From an uncultured Cellvibrionales bacterium (GTDB lineage Bacteria > Pseudomonadota > Gammaproteobacteria > Pseudomonadales > Cellvibrionaceae): 64,000 nt of DNA. The notes beneath the pieces were generated by a model. It did not search any database. It worked only from the letters and a program-made list of their open reading frames with translations, and had not been told where the DNA came from. Made by a program: the position numbers and the translations under genes. Shown piece by piece: positions 42,322 to 51,787 of this stretch (positions are counted from its first letter, which is position 1; each line of letters begins with the position of its first letter). The stretch covers positions 17,527 through 81,526 of the forward strand of contig CAJWZU010000001.1 of assembly GCA_913050115.1 (NCBI GenBank), read 5' to 3'.

Positions 42322-43860
42322 TTATTTACTGAGTCTAAGCGGTTTTTTAGACTTGCGAACATGTTTCGCTAAAATACGTTGAGCTTCTACTTTTGTATCA
42401 AAACGTTTCCTGAAACCCCACAATATATCTCTGGCAAATTTACCTGTTTCTTTAATGTCAATCATAGGCTGAGGATAGCTCTTACCTAGATCAAACTGGT
42501 ATAAAACTTGTTCCATTAAAGACAATACCCATGGTGTATGTATTATCTCGTTAGGTAGCTGAGATAACTCTGGCACCCATTGACGAATAAAAAAACCGTC
42601 CTTGTCTTGTTCTTGTGATTGTTTAACAGGATTATACACTCTGATAGTATTCATACCTGTTACCCCTGATTGCATCTGAAATTGTGGGTAGTGAATACCT
42701 GGCTCAAAATCTAGAAAATATTTCGCTAAGTGCATAGCGCCAAGCCGCCAATCAACGAACAAATGATGACACAAAAAACTTACTAGCATCGATCGCATAC
42801 GAAAGTTGATGTAGCCTGTTTTTTCTAAACAGCGCATACAAGCATCAACGAGTGGATACCCTGTTTGAGCTGTTTTCCATTTTGTTAAACGTTCCTCAAT
42901 GCTCATCCCCATATGTATTTCTGGAAATTTAAGATTATTGTAGGCGTTATTGACAGGTCGCCACTGCATTTGGTGTTCACTTTCAAACTTTTGAATAAAG
43001 TGACAATGCCAATGTAATCTTGAGGCTAAAGCATCTAGTGGACGCTTCCAGCCAACTTGAGACCTTTTTAACAAAATTGTTTGATAGAACTGCCTCAAGC
43101 TTATGTTGCCCCAAGCTAAGTAAGGCGATAAGCGCGAGCAGCTTCGCCGACTTGCTAAGGGCTTGGATATATCAGACTGATAGTTTTTACCGCGTTTATT
43201 TAAGAATGATTGCAGTGTTCTAGACGCCCATTGTTCTCCGCCCTTGAGCATGAATTCATTCGGTATTGACCATGACTCAGGCAGCGTATGCTGAATTAAC
43301 TTATCCAAATCACTGACGTTAACAAGTGCCGATAACGATAAGTTTGGATGACATAACGGTGCAGTCATCACTTTACGCCAGTCCTTGTCCCAGTCGATTC
43401 TATTTTTTTTCCCTCGAATGACTGCGCCTGACTGGTATTCTCGCCAATTTACTTTGCGCGCGCGGCACCATTTGTTAACGTTTTTGTCCCTGGCATAGGT
43501 ACAAACTAAACCTATTTCTTCATGGCTAAATAAGTTCAACACATGAAATAAAGTGTTTATTTCATTAAGGCCATCAATTGCATCACCAAAAAAAACATAA
43601 ACACGTGTATTAAATTTTTCTAGCTGAATATTAATGTCTTGTATTGATTGCCACACAAAACGCCAATGCCTTTTATCATAATGAGGATCATCTATTAAAA
43701 TAGGTTCGAACGCGTAATAAAGTAATGTCAGACCAGATTCTAATGAATCCATTAAAGCGTGATTATCGCTGATTCGTAAATCACGCTTTAACCAAACAAC
43801 ATTAATATCTAGATTTAAACCCCTATAGACCTGTGTATTTTTATCTATGCCGTTAGCCAT
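42322..43860 (-). CDS. Cryptochrome/photolyase family protein (FAD-binding; class uncertain)
   Basis: 512 aa. N-terminal photolyase alpha/beta domain ([16 protein letters not shown]) and a C-terminal FAD domain ([11 protein letters not shown]...[14 protein letters not shown]...DWRLGA). Confidence 0.8.
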   Translation of the reverse strand: MANGIDKNTQVYRGLNLDINVVWLKRDLRISDNHALMDSLESGLTLLYYAFEPILIDDPHYDKRHWRFVWQSIQDINIQLEKFNTRVYVFFGDAIDGLNEINTLFHVLNLFSHEEIGLVCTYARDKNVNKWCRARKVNWREYQSGAVIRGKKNRIDWDKDWRKVMTAPLCHPNLSLSALVNVSDLDKLIQHTLPESWSIPNEFMLKGGEQWASRTLQSFLNKRGKNYQSDISKPLASRRSCSRLSPYLAWGNISLRQFYQTILLKRSQVGWKRPLDALASRLHWHCHFIQKFESEHQMQWRPVNNAYNNLKFPEIHMGMSIEERLTKWKTAQTGYPLVDACMRCLEKTGYINFRMRSMLVSFLCHHLFVDWRLGAMHLAKYFLDFEPGIHYPQFQMQSGVTGMNTIRVYNPVKQSQEQDKDGFFIRQWVPELSQLPNEIIHTPWVLSLMEQVLYQFDLGKSYPQPMIDIKETGKFARDILWGFRKRFDTKVEAQRILAKHVRKSKKPLRLSK

Positions 43861-45214
43861 TGTCTTTGGCCATTGTTACTGGCCAGTCTGCTGCGTCAAC
43901 AGAGTCTAAAGGCTGATTGGATAAAAAATATTTATCACACGTTGAAGCCCACTTACTTTGATACCTACCGTCAGGATCAAAAATAACAGCTTGCTTTTGA
44001 AGATTGAAATGCCTACCACCTCTAGGGTCAACTCCAACACCTGCAATATATTGCCAGTTACCCCAATTGACAGCAGCATCGTAATCTATTAACTGCTCTT
44101 CAAACCAAGCTGCACCATAACGCCAATCTACACTGAGTTCATTAACCAAACAACTCGCGACAATTTGACGACCTCTGTTACTTAAATAACCAGTGATTCT
44201 TAATTCATTCATACAGGCATTAACTAACGGATAAGGTGTCATTCCTAGGCACCACTTACTAAACCGTTCTGGATAAAATGATGTTAGTGGTTGGCTACTA
44301 GAAAGCCCTTTGAACATGTAAGTTTTAGCACCCACCTTAAAATGACACCACTGAAAGTATTCACGCCATAGAATTTCTGCTGCCAAGCATTCAGTTGAAC
44401 TGTTTTTACCTCGCTGAATTTCAAACTGGCTAACTGAAGACATAACCTGCCGAGGCGAAATACAGCCATAGCCGAGCCATGGAGATAACTTGCTGCTGCT
44501 TTCCCAGCCATCTAAGTTATTTCTAACAGTTTTATAACTTAATGGTAAATCAGAACTAAAATATTGGTAAAGTTGCTTTATAGCCGATGTCTCGCCGCCT
44601 TCAAATACCATACCATTTGTCGGGTATTTGTGAGCCTTAACAGGTAACCAATGGGGCCTAACTATGGCCGGTGCTGGCACAGATTTAAACTGACTTGGTA
44701 AGGTTTTAATTGCAGGAGAAATATTGGGTATTGCAACATTATTCATTATTTTTTTAAATTTTGAATAACTTACTGGTAGCTGCTGAAGTTCAAAAGGCAG
44801 AAGCCCATGAGTAAACAAAGTGAACTGCTCAACTTTGTTTACTAACACTTGAGGAAAATTATCGCCTAATTGATTGATGAGCCTATTTTCATAAGTGCCA
44901 GGTAAATGAGTGGTAATTACATCAGTAATTTGGTGTATTTCACAAAGGCTCGCCAAACTAGGCAAAGTGTCACCATAAACAATATGCAGCTGTTGACCCA
45001 GACTGAGTAAGCTTTGATTGAAATTACTTAAACAACTTTGTAAGAAATTCCAACGATTTGCACCTATTGGCTTGGATTGATAGTTGTTAGGTTTGAACCA
45101 TTTTTGATCAACTACATAGACGCAAAGCAGGTAATCACTATCGCTGGCTAACTTAAGAGCCAAGTTATCGTTGATCCGCAAATCTTTAGTTAACCAATAT
45201 AAGGTGCGCTTCAT
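43853..45214 (-). CDS. Cry-DASH family cryptochrome / ssDNA photolyase
   Basis: 453 aa with the DASH-typical block [49 protein letters not shown]. Its stop overlaps the next gene's ATG by 8 nt. Confidence 0.8.
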   Translation of the reverse strand: MKRTLYWLTKDLRINDNLALKLASDSDYLLCVYVVDQKWFKPNNYQSKPIGANRWNFLQSCLSNFNQSLLSLGQQLHIVYGDTLPSLASLCEIHQITDVITTHLPGTYENRLINQLGDNFPQVLVNKVEQFTLFTHGLLPFELQQLPVSYSKFKKIMNNVAIPNISPAIKTLPSQFKSVPAPAIVRPHWLPVKAHKYPTNGMVFEGGETSAIKQLYQYFSSDLPLSYKTVRNNLDGWESSSKLSPWLGYGCISPRQVMSSVSQFEIQRGKNSSTECLAAEILWREYFQWCHFKVGAKTYMFKGLSSSQPLTSFYPERFSKWCLGMTPYPLVNACMNELRITGYLSNRGRQIVASCLVNELSVDWRYGAAWFEEQLIDYDAAVNWGNWQYIAGVGVDPRGGRHFNLQKQAVIFDPDGRYQSKWASTCDKYFLSNQPLDSVDAADWPVTMAKDNG

Positions 45215-45701
45215 GATTATAGTTCATACCTTAAATACCACTTATACGATCATATGCAACAATTAGATCAACATAGCGAGGTTATTATGTGGTTATGCTA
45301 GGTTTAGGAAGGAAAAGTGAGTTGCAACTAAGCGTTTTTCTGTCTGAGCACAGCAGGAAATGGCGGGCTAGGCATTGAAGCAAAATAAGGCCTCTTTCGA
45401 CAGAGGGCTATCAGTGCCTAATAATTAATAGTTGATGGCAACTATTAAAAAATTCGTCGATATATTTACAATATTGACTATTGGCAACCTTATAGCGCTA
45501 GAGCAGGGCTACTCATATAAGATAGCCCAAACCTTGGATAACGGGAATTGCCCTGCTGTTAAAGGGTGTATATAAGTATTGGCACGCGGCAAGAGAAAGC
45601 ACTAAGCTAATGTTAAGCCATCGAATGAGCGACGCAGCGAGAAATAAAGCTGAATAAGTGCCCGTTATCCAATCATACGAGTAGATAACGTACTAAGCAT
45701 G

Positions 45702-46949
45702 CTAATCCAGCCATAGACTATAGACTTCGGCAAGTCGGTTCTTTATGCGATATTCACGCTCATCTTGTGCATCTAGTAACGTAAATGCTTTTTTAATAAA
45801 CTTTTCATTGCCTGACGCTGCAATCTTCATAATTTGAAAAGTGACTAATTTATAGACATTGTATAGTTCTTCAATGAGTTCGCACAAATCATCAAATTCT
45901 GGTTCTTCGTAATCCAGTTCTTTCCAAAAATAGGCTAAGCAATGCTCATAAGCATATTTTCGAGTAGAAAGTACTGGTATCTGCTCAAGTGCTAGTGCCA
46001 CGTTTTTGAGTTCAAGGACCCTTCCTTTTGCATCTTTACCCGCCACAAACATTTGCAGAATCTCGCGCGACGCAGAATTAAGCCCATTAAAGTTAGGCTC
46101 AACGCATTGCTGGTAAAAATTATTCACAGCCTCGTGTGTAAAAGGCCTGGCATGAGTATCATTAACAAGCAGGCCACCTTCAACGGTAGGCTGCTTAAAT
46201 GCATTGAGTATTCGATCTTTATCAACGATACCCTCCCAACGATAATCGGGATCATAAATAAACCATTGCGTTGGGTCGTTAGTTTTACCAACCATCACAT
46301 AGTGCGGAAAAGGGTCATGGTCAAACTCTTTATCAATACCAGGCAGGTGGTACATATCGAGCATTACTATAACGTGCTCAGCAGCTAATTTATTATCGAC
46401 AAGATAAGCTAATTTTTCTGCATTTTCAGCCTTAGATACCGAGGTGCTATACCAAGACTCAACTGTCATACCATATAGGGAAGTAAAGCCGTCCAACATA
46501 TACTGATGGCTAATATCATCGCTATGATAATTAAGTGTCGCTTCATCACTGACAATAACTTCTGCATCTGGAACACAAAAGTAATAAGGACGGTGATCAA
46601 GCTGCTTTTGCTTCACCAGCTCGCAGAGGCAGCTCGCTAAACAATGAACTTTTGCGTCGACATATTCTTCCAGTTTGCCATACCATTCTGGCAAAACCTG
46701 GTCTTCAAAGAGAGCATCAGCCAAATCACGGACCGTGTTAATTTCGTCGAGCGCACGTGTTTCATCCGATGCATAAAGTGCATCATTCAACGCGAGGCGA
46801 TCTAGCATATTAATAACATCAAGCGAGTTTAATGCTAATTCATCCAATAAAAGACTATTAGCATTAAAGCCGAGCAGATCAGTATGACTTTTTACATTAC
46901 TCAGATCTTGGTAAATACACTCAGATACTTGCTGTTTTGTTTTAATCAC
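45702..46949 (-). CDS. Orphan protein: carrier-protein-like N-terminus fused to a roughly 320-aa domain of unknown function (BtrH/papain-like transferase suspected)
   Basis: 415 aa. The GTG start overlaps the upstream stop (GTGA). Residues about 5-85 follow an acyl/peptidyl-carrier helix pattern (LLLDELALNSLDVINMLDRL ... INTVRDLADALFE). The remainder has a His-Cys motif (KVHCLASCLCE). Last gene of the NIS operon. Confidence 0.6.
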   Translation of the reverse strand: MIKTKQQVSECIYQDLSNVKSHTDLLGFNANSLLLDELALNSLDVINMLDRLALNDALYASDETRALDEINTVRDLADALFEDQVLPEWYGKLEEYVDAKVHCLASCLCELVKQKQLDHRPYYFCVPDAEVIVSDEATLNYHSDDISHQYMLDGFTSLYGMTVESWYSTSVSKAENAEKLAYLVDNKLAAEHVIVMLDMYHLPGIDKEFDHDPFPHYVMVGKTNDPTQWFIYDPDYRWEGIVDKDRILNAFKQPTVEGGLLVNDTHARPFTHEAVNNFYQQCVEPNFNGLNSASREILQMFVAGKDAKGRVLELKNVALALEQIPVLSTRKYAYEHCLAYFWKELDYEEPEFDDLCELIEELYNVYKLVTFQIMKIAASGNEKFIKKAFTLLDAQDEREYRIKNRLAEVYSLWLD

Positions 46950-48250
46950 GATAGCTCTACTAATCCAGATTTAACATTAGAATCACGTTTTGACACTGTT
47001 TGCAAAGCTTTATCAACCGGCTTGCCATTTCCTATTATCTGCATTTTAGTAGCCAAGCCCATCGTGCCCAAAAGATTAATAAACGGCACAGCATCAAGCT
47101 CTTCTACGTTAACCATTTTATTAATATTCCACACACCTTGAGCGATTAAAATGGCGGCCGCAACCGGTGGAACACCAGCCGTAAAGGCAACTGCCTGTGT
47201 ACCAATGTCAGCATAGGTTTCTTGATGATCACAAATATTGTAAATAAAGACTTCTTTTTTGTTAGCGTCTTTTTTACCTTTAATCAATGTACCTATACAG
47301 GTCTTACCGGTATAACCCTCAGCTAAGCTAGCAGGGTCTGGCAAGCATGCTTTTAGTACATGTAATGGAACAACTTTTATACCATCAGCAGTAGTTATTT
47401 CTTCGATGCCTAATAAACCTACTTCTTTGAATACAGTTAAGCAGTTGATGTAATGGTCATTAAAGCCCATCCAAAATCGAACATCTTTAACACCCTCAAT
47501 GAAATTTGGCAGAGAGTGCACTTCATCATGACCCATCAAATAGAGTTTTTGCTTACCCACAATCGGCATATCAAATTCCATTGAGCGAGAATGATGTGGA
47601 TAACTACGCCACTGACTATCTTCTAAACACCCTGCGTCATCGATAATCTCACGCAGATTAATTTCAGGGTCAAAGTTAGTCGCAAAAAAATGACCGTGAT
47701 TACCTGCATTAACATCTAGAATATCAATCGAATCTATCGAGTCAAACTCATGATCTTGTGCATATGCACAATAGGCATTAACTACACCTGGGTCAAAACC
47801 CACACCTAAAATAGCCGTTATGCCTTTCTTTTCACAAATGGATTTCTTGGTCCATTCAAACTCTTCATACCATGGGTATTCAGAGTTAAGTACAGCCGCT
47901 TCTTCATGTACAGCAGTATCAAGATAAGCCGCATCTGCTTCAATACATGCCTCGAGAATTGTCATGTTGGCAAAAGCGGTACATACATTAATAACTATAT
48001 CTGACTGTGTTTCTTTAATTAATGCGACAATTGATGACTTATCAAACGCATCTACTGTTCTTGCAAAAATAGAAAATCCTTCTTCAAAGTTATTGTTCCT
48101 ATTTTTTATATCTTCAATTACAGCTTCACATTTTGATAAAGTACGTGAAGCAAAACATACTTGGGAAAAAATATGTGAATACTGTGCACATTTTTGAGCT
48201 GATGCTATACCTACAGCACCAGCGCCAATAACTAATATACTTTTTTTCAT
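46946..48250 (-). CDS. Carboxy(nor)spermidine dehydrogenase (saccharopine-dehydrogenase family)
   Basis: 434 aa. Rossmann N-terminus KKSILVIGAGAVGIASAQKCAQ, with overall co-linearity to Vibrio-type CANSDH as I recall it. Adjacent to nspC. Confidence 0.8.
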   Translation of the reverse strand: MKKSILVIGAGAVGIASAQKCAQYSHIFSQVCFASRTLSKCEAVIEDIKNRNNNFEEGFSIFARTVDAFDKSSIVALIKETQSDIVINVCTAFANMTILEACIEADAAYLDTAVHEEAAVLNSEYPWYEEFEWTKKSICEKKGITAILGVGFDPGVVNAYCAYAQDHEFDSIDSIDILDVNAGNHGHFFATNFDPEINLREIIDDAGCLEDSQWRSYPHHSRSMEFDMPIVGKQKLYLMGHDEVHSLPNFIEGVKDVRFWMGFNDHYINCLTVFKEVGLLGIEEITTADGIKVVPLHVLKACLPDPASLAEGYTGKTCIGTLIKGKKDANKKEVFIYNICDHQETYADIGTQAVAFTAGVPPVAAAILIAQGVWNINKMVNVEELDAVPFINLLGTMGLATKMQIIGNGKPVDKALQTVSKRDSNVKSGLVELS

Positions 48251-48302
48251 TAAATTCTCATTTTAGCAAACGGACAGATTACATATAAATTTTAAATATT
48301 CA

Positions 48303-49454
48303 TTAAGAGAGGCAATCTCTAAAATCCTCATAACCAAAAGTTTTCACGAGCTTAGTTATGCCACTAATTTTTTTCAAATATATCGAGGGCATTTTTATAC
48401 CATTAAAATAATTTTTCTTTACCATCGAATATCCTCCGACATCAGAAAATGTTAATGTATCGCCTATCTTTATAGGCCTATTAAACTGATAGACACCAAA
48501 AATATCACCCGCTAAACATGTACGCCCGGCGACACGATATAAATTGGCTAAATTAATTTTATCTACTGGAATTGAGTTTTTATCATCGAGCGCATCAGCC
48601 CCTATAAGTTCAGGAGTATAATCATAAACCAGTGCATCTAATAAATGTGTTTCAACGCCAGCATCAACGATTAGAGAAGGAACTTCATTATCTACAATGT
48701 CGATAACAGTCACTACCAATGAGGTAGATTCGGTGACAGAAGCCTCGCCTGGCTCTAAGTAAATCTGCACTGAATACTTATTAGCGAGATCCTTTAGACG
48801 TGCACTAAATTCATCTAAAGGGTAGCCCTCTGTAGTAAATGCAACGCCGCCACCTAGACTTAGCCATTCCAGCTGTTGCAGTAACTGGCCAAACTTTATT
48901 TCTAACTCATCAAGTTGTGTATTAAAACTATGAAAATCTTCATTTTCACAATTCATATGCAGCATTGCACCATTAATCTTGTCTGAGATGTCAAGAGGTA
49001 GCTTATCTTTGGTTACGCCTAGGCGTGAATATCTAGAAACAGTGTCACTCAACAAATATTCAGAAAAACCAATTTGAGGGTTTAAACGCAGCCCAATGGA
49101 TACGCCGCCAATTTTTGCCTTATCAATATGGCGATCGAGCTGACTTAATGAATTGAAAATTATTTTCCCACAGACACTAACAACCTCATCAATTTCGTCA
49201 TCAGTATATGCCACTGAATAACCATGAGTTTCGCCGCCAAATTTTTCACTACCGAGCTTTGCCTCATAAAGACTACTACTAGTGGTACCTACTAAATAAT
49301 CCTTCATAAAATCAAAAGCACACCAGCTAGAAAAGCACTTTAACGCTAATACGGATTTAGCACCGCTTATATCACGCACAGATTTTATTTTTTGCATAGC
49401 TGTAAGCATGCGATTTTCATCAATTAGATAATAAGGAGTTTTCATTATGATCAT
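48303..49454 (-). CDS. nspC: Carboxy(nor)spermidine decarboxylase
   Basis: 383 aa with TPYYLIDE...GAKSVLALKCF...GTTSSSLYE..LG.E.FGGETH.YSVAY.DDEIDEV, the NspC pattern in PLP fold type III. Confidence 0.85.
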   Translation of the reverse strand: MIIMKTPYYLIDENRMLTAMQKIKSVRDISGAKSVLALKCFSSWCAFDFMKDYLVGTTSSSLYEAKLGSEKFGGETHGYSVAYTDDEIDEVVSVCGKIIFNSLSQLDRHIDKAKIGGVSIGLRLNPQIGFSEYLLSDTVSRYSRLGVTKDKLPLDISDKINGAMLHMNCENEDFHSFNTQLDELEIKFGQLLQQLEWLSLGGGVAFTTEGYPLDEFSARLKDLANKYSVQIYLEPGEASVTESTSLVVTVIDIVDNEVPSLIVDAGVETHLLDALVYDYTPELIGADALDDKNSIPVDKINLANLYRVAGRTCLAGDIFGVYQFNRPIKIGDTLTFSDVGGYSMVKKNYFNGIKMPSIYLKKISGITKLVKTFGYEDFRDCLS

Positions 49455-49494
49455 TCGCTCTTTAGTAAAAACTTATTTTGCAAAACTTTATTCA

Positions 49495-51435
49495 CTAGCA
49501 AACACTTAAACTAGGTGCAGATACGTCTTTGGCTAAATACTTATTCGTAATCTTCATTGCATCCGTAAGGCTCGCATCACAAGCTAAAGCATTGGTAACT
49601 TCATGGTCAAACCAAACAGTATGTAGCCCTTGCTTAATTTTCTTTTCTAATAATGATTCAATGTTGACCATAGCTCGCCCGATGTTAATCGCTGCAAATC
49701 TTTCTTCATTGGTTACACCTGATTCTTTATATGCTTCAATTACTGTGTTAAATAATAACCAAAATCTTGATTCCGAAAAAACGTAATGTTTTTCTAATAT
49801 GAACGAAAGCTCACTTAAATTAAAGACACAAACTGCATCAAGAAATAATTCGCAAAGGTCATCGGTATCTTCACTAATAAAGCCCTCATCAATTGAACAT
49901 TCGTTAAACCAAGAATCTACAGAAGCAGGATTTGGTCTATTTTCTGGGTGTACTAAAAATTCAGTCAAATATTCAGTATCTTCATGAAAATCACGCATAG
50001 CAATACGCGTAGGCCAGCCATTTTTGTGTATAAGAACAAGATTTTGAGCATGCGATTCAAAGCCAATCCCATGATGAACCAGCAAATGCCAAATGGGTAA
50101 AACAGCCACTTTTAGTAACTGCTTAAGCCATGACTCGATACCGTATTCATCTAGCCAATCAGCAATAAAAAGACGCTCATCTGACTCTATAAGCATTAAA
50201 GCTGTAAAAGGAATAGCAGCCTCTCGCTCTCTTACCTCATCTAGAACGCTAGTTCTAAAGATTGCCCCAATAAGCCCTTCTTCTGCCTCAGCCACATACG
50301 CAGATCTTGCTTCACAGTCATAATCTCCTGCAGTTGGAATATACGAAATAGCCGCATATTCACTAAGCATTACTAAGTGATCCTGTTCTTGCAAAAAGGC
50401 ATCTTCACTTACAATATTTTGCAACCAATTGGACAAAACTGGCGCGGTAATCACAAAGTGTTCAGGTAAATTACGATTTGATGATGTCGACATAACATTC
50501 ATCGGTAACTTAACATTTGCTTTCTTAGGATTAGTAACATTAATTACTGTACGTAGCGATTGGCTGGCTTGGTAAAAATCACCTGCACTGCCCAAATTGA
50601 TAATTTCGCCACGGGCTATGGCAGCAATAACACCTGCATTATCAGTTGATTCTGGCTCATTGGATAAAATTGAAGCGACCTGCCAAGGATGTAATGGCAT
50701 CAAACCAAATGCAGCCCAGTTAGCACCGCGTTGATGTAAAGCTTGAGTCAGCACATCATAAGTCTCGCTAATTTCTTGTTGCCAGAAATTAGCTTCATCT
50801 ATTGGAAAATTACATTGATAGTCTTGGCGATGAATTGCGAACCAGACGAGTTGAAATTGATTAGCGGCTTCGGGGCTAAATGCTCGCTGATCTTCAACTG
50901 TGAAACCACGGCGCGCTTTAAAGCATGGATGATAAAGATGTCCCTCATGAATGGCTGACTCAAGCGCAAGAAAATCTAATTTACGTCGCACATTTTTCAA
51001 GTGAGGTAAATTAACTGAGTTCCACGAACATAAAGCAATAGTTTGCTCAAGCTCAGCAAGTAAATCCGCCTTAGACTTGGCCTCCATATTTAATGGCTCG
51101 ACCAAATCGTAAATAGAAGCCTCATGCCATTTATTGTGACTAAGCGCCTGAACTGAACCTAGTGCAATACGCACTCGATCAAAACTACTAATAAATGCTG
51201 TACAACGTAATTGACATTTGCCAATTGAGACAGATAGCTGCCGATCATATATTGTCTCGGAATCTGTGTTGCAAGTGTCCAGCGGCGATGACTTAAAAGG
51301 CACTATTTTTTCGTAAAGCAAGGCCTCTAAAAACTGTTTTACCAGGCGCCGTTGAGCAACTGAAGCGTCTTTAAAACAGGCCTGCTGTTTAAATAACTGA
51401 TCTTTTTCTCGTTGCGATTGAGACTTTACCGCCAT
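49495..51435 (-). CDS. IucA/IucC-family NRPS-independent siderophore (NIS) synthetase
   Basis: Start at ATG 51435 with GGGGAG 6 nt upstream. Family blocks HEGHLYHPCFKARRGF and GFESHAQNLVLI, plus an FhuF-like C-terminal region. Confidence 0.88.
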   Translation of the reverse strand: MAVKSQSQREKDQLFKQQACFKDASVAQRRLVKQFLEALLYEKIVPFKSSPLDTCNTDSETIYDRQLSVSIGKCQLRCTAFISSFDRVRIALGSVQALSHNKWHEASIYDLVEPLNMEAKSKADLLAELEQTIALCSWNSVNLPHLKNVRRKLDFLALESAIHEGHLYHPCFKARRGFTVEDQRAFSPEAANQFQLVWFAIHRQDYQCNFPIDEANFWQQEISETYDVLTQALHQRGANWAAFGLMPLHPWQVASILSNEPESTDNAGVIAAIARGEIINLGSAGDFYQASQSLRTVINVTNPKKANVKLPMNVMSTSSNRNLPEHFVITAPVLSNWLQNIVSEDAFLQEQDHLVMLSEYAAISYIPTAGDYDCEARSAYVAEAEEGLIGAIFRTSVLDEVREREAAIPFTALMLIESDERLFIADWLDEYGIESWLKQLLKVAVLPIWHLLVHHGIGFESHAQNLVLIHKNGWPTRIAMRDFHEDTEYLTEFLVHPENRPNPASVDSWFNECSIDEGFISEDTDDLCELFLDAVCVFNLSELSFILEKHYVFSESRFWLLFNTVIEAYKESGVTNEERFAAINIGRAMVNIESLLEKKIKQGLHTVWFDHEVTNALACDASLTDAMKITNKYLAKDVSAPSLSVC

Positions 51436-51679
51436 AAATAGCTCCCCGCTGCATTGCAGACATAAACCAGTAAAACGCTTCGGCAACAGCACAGAACCAT
51501 TGCGATTGATTCTTATTCAAACAAACCGGGAACTTTATAGCGTTTGATGCGAGCACTCCAAGACTGTTGCAAATGTTACAACACATGTCTTACCAATTTT
51601 GGCTTGAGTCTGGGCGGCTATTCACTTGTAAAAAGTACAGCATATGTAAAATCTAAGCTGTAAATCTTGTAACAATCGT

Positions 51680-51698
51680 ATTAATGAGAATCATTAAC
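51680..51698. promoter_or_regulatory. Fur box in the divergent NIS promoter region
   Basis: attaatgagaatcattaac matches the GATAATGATAATCATTATC consensus at 15 of 19 positions. The core is a perfect inverted repeat ttaatga-N3-tcattaa. It lies about 90 nt upstream of the ATG at 51788. Confidence 0.65.
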
Positions 51699-51787
51699 AC
51701 GTACATTGGCGACCATATAAAAGTATCGTGTCTCTTATACTGGGGTACATGAATACACTGATGCTAACTTAACTTGGTTAAACCGAT

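Noticed and set aside
45435-45575. 46-codon ORF (MATIKKFVDIF...NGNCPAVKGCI) between the photolyase and NIS operons, considered as a possible RiPP-like precursor
   Set aside because: No Shine-Dalgarno sequence, opposite strand to both neighbours, and a length expected by chance across six frames. It would only be worth revisiting if conserved in relatives.
51490-51515. A second Fur box near the minus-strand NIS synthetase start (gcgattgattcttattc)
   Set aside because: It matches the 19-bp consensus at only about 8 positions in the best register I could find.
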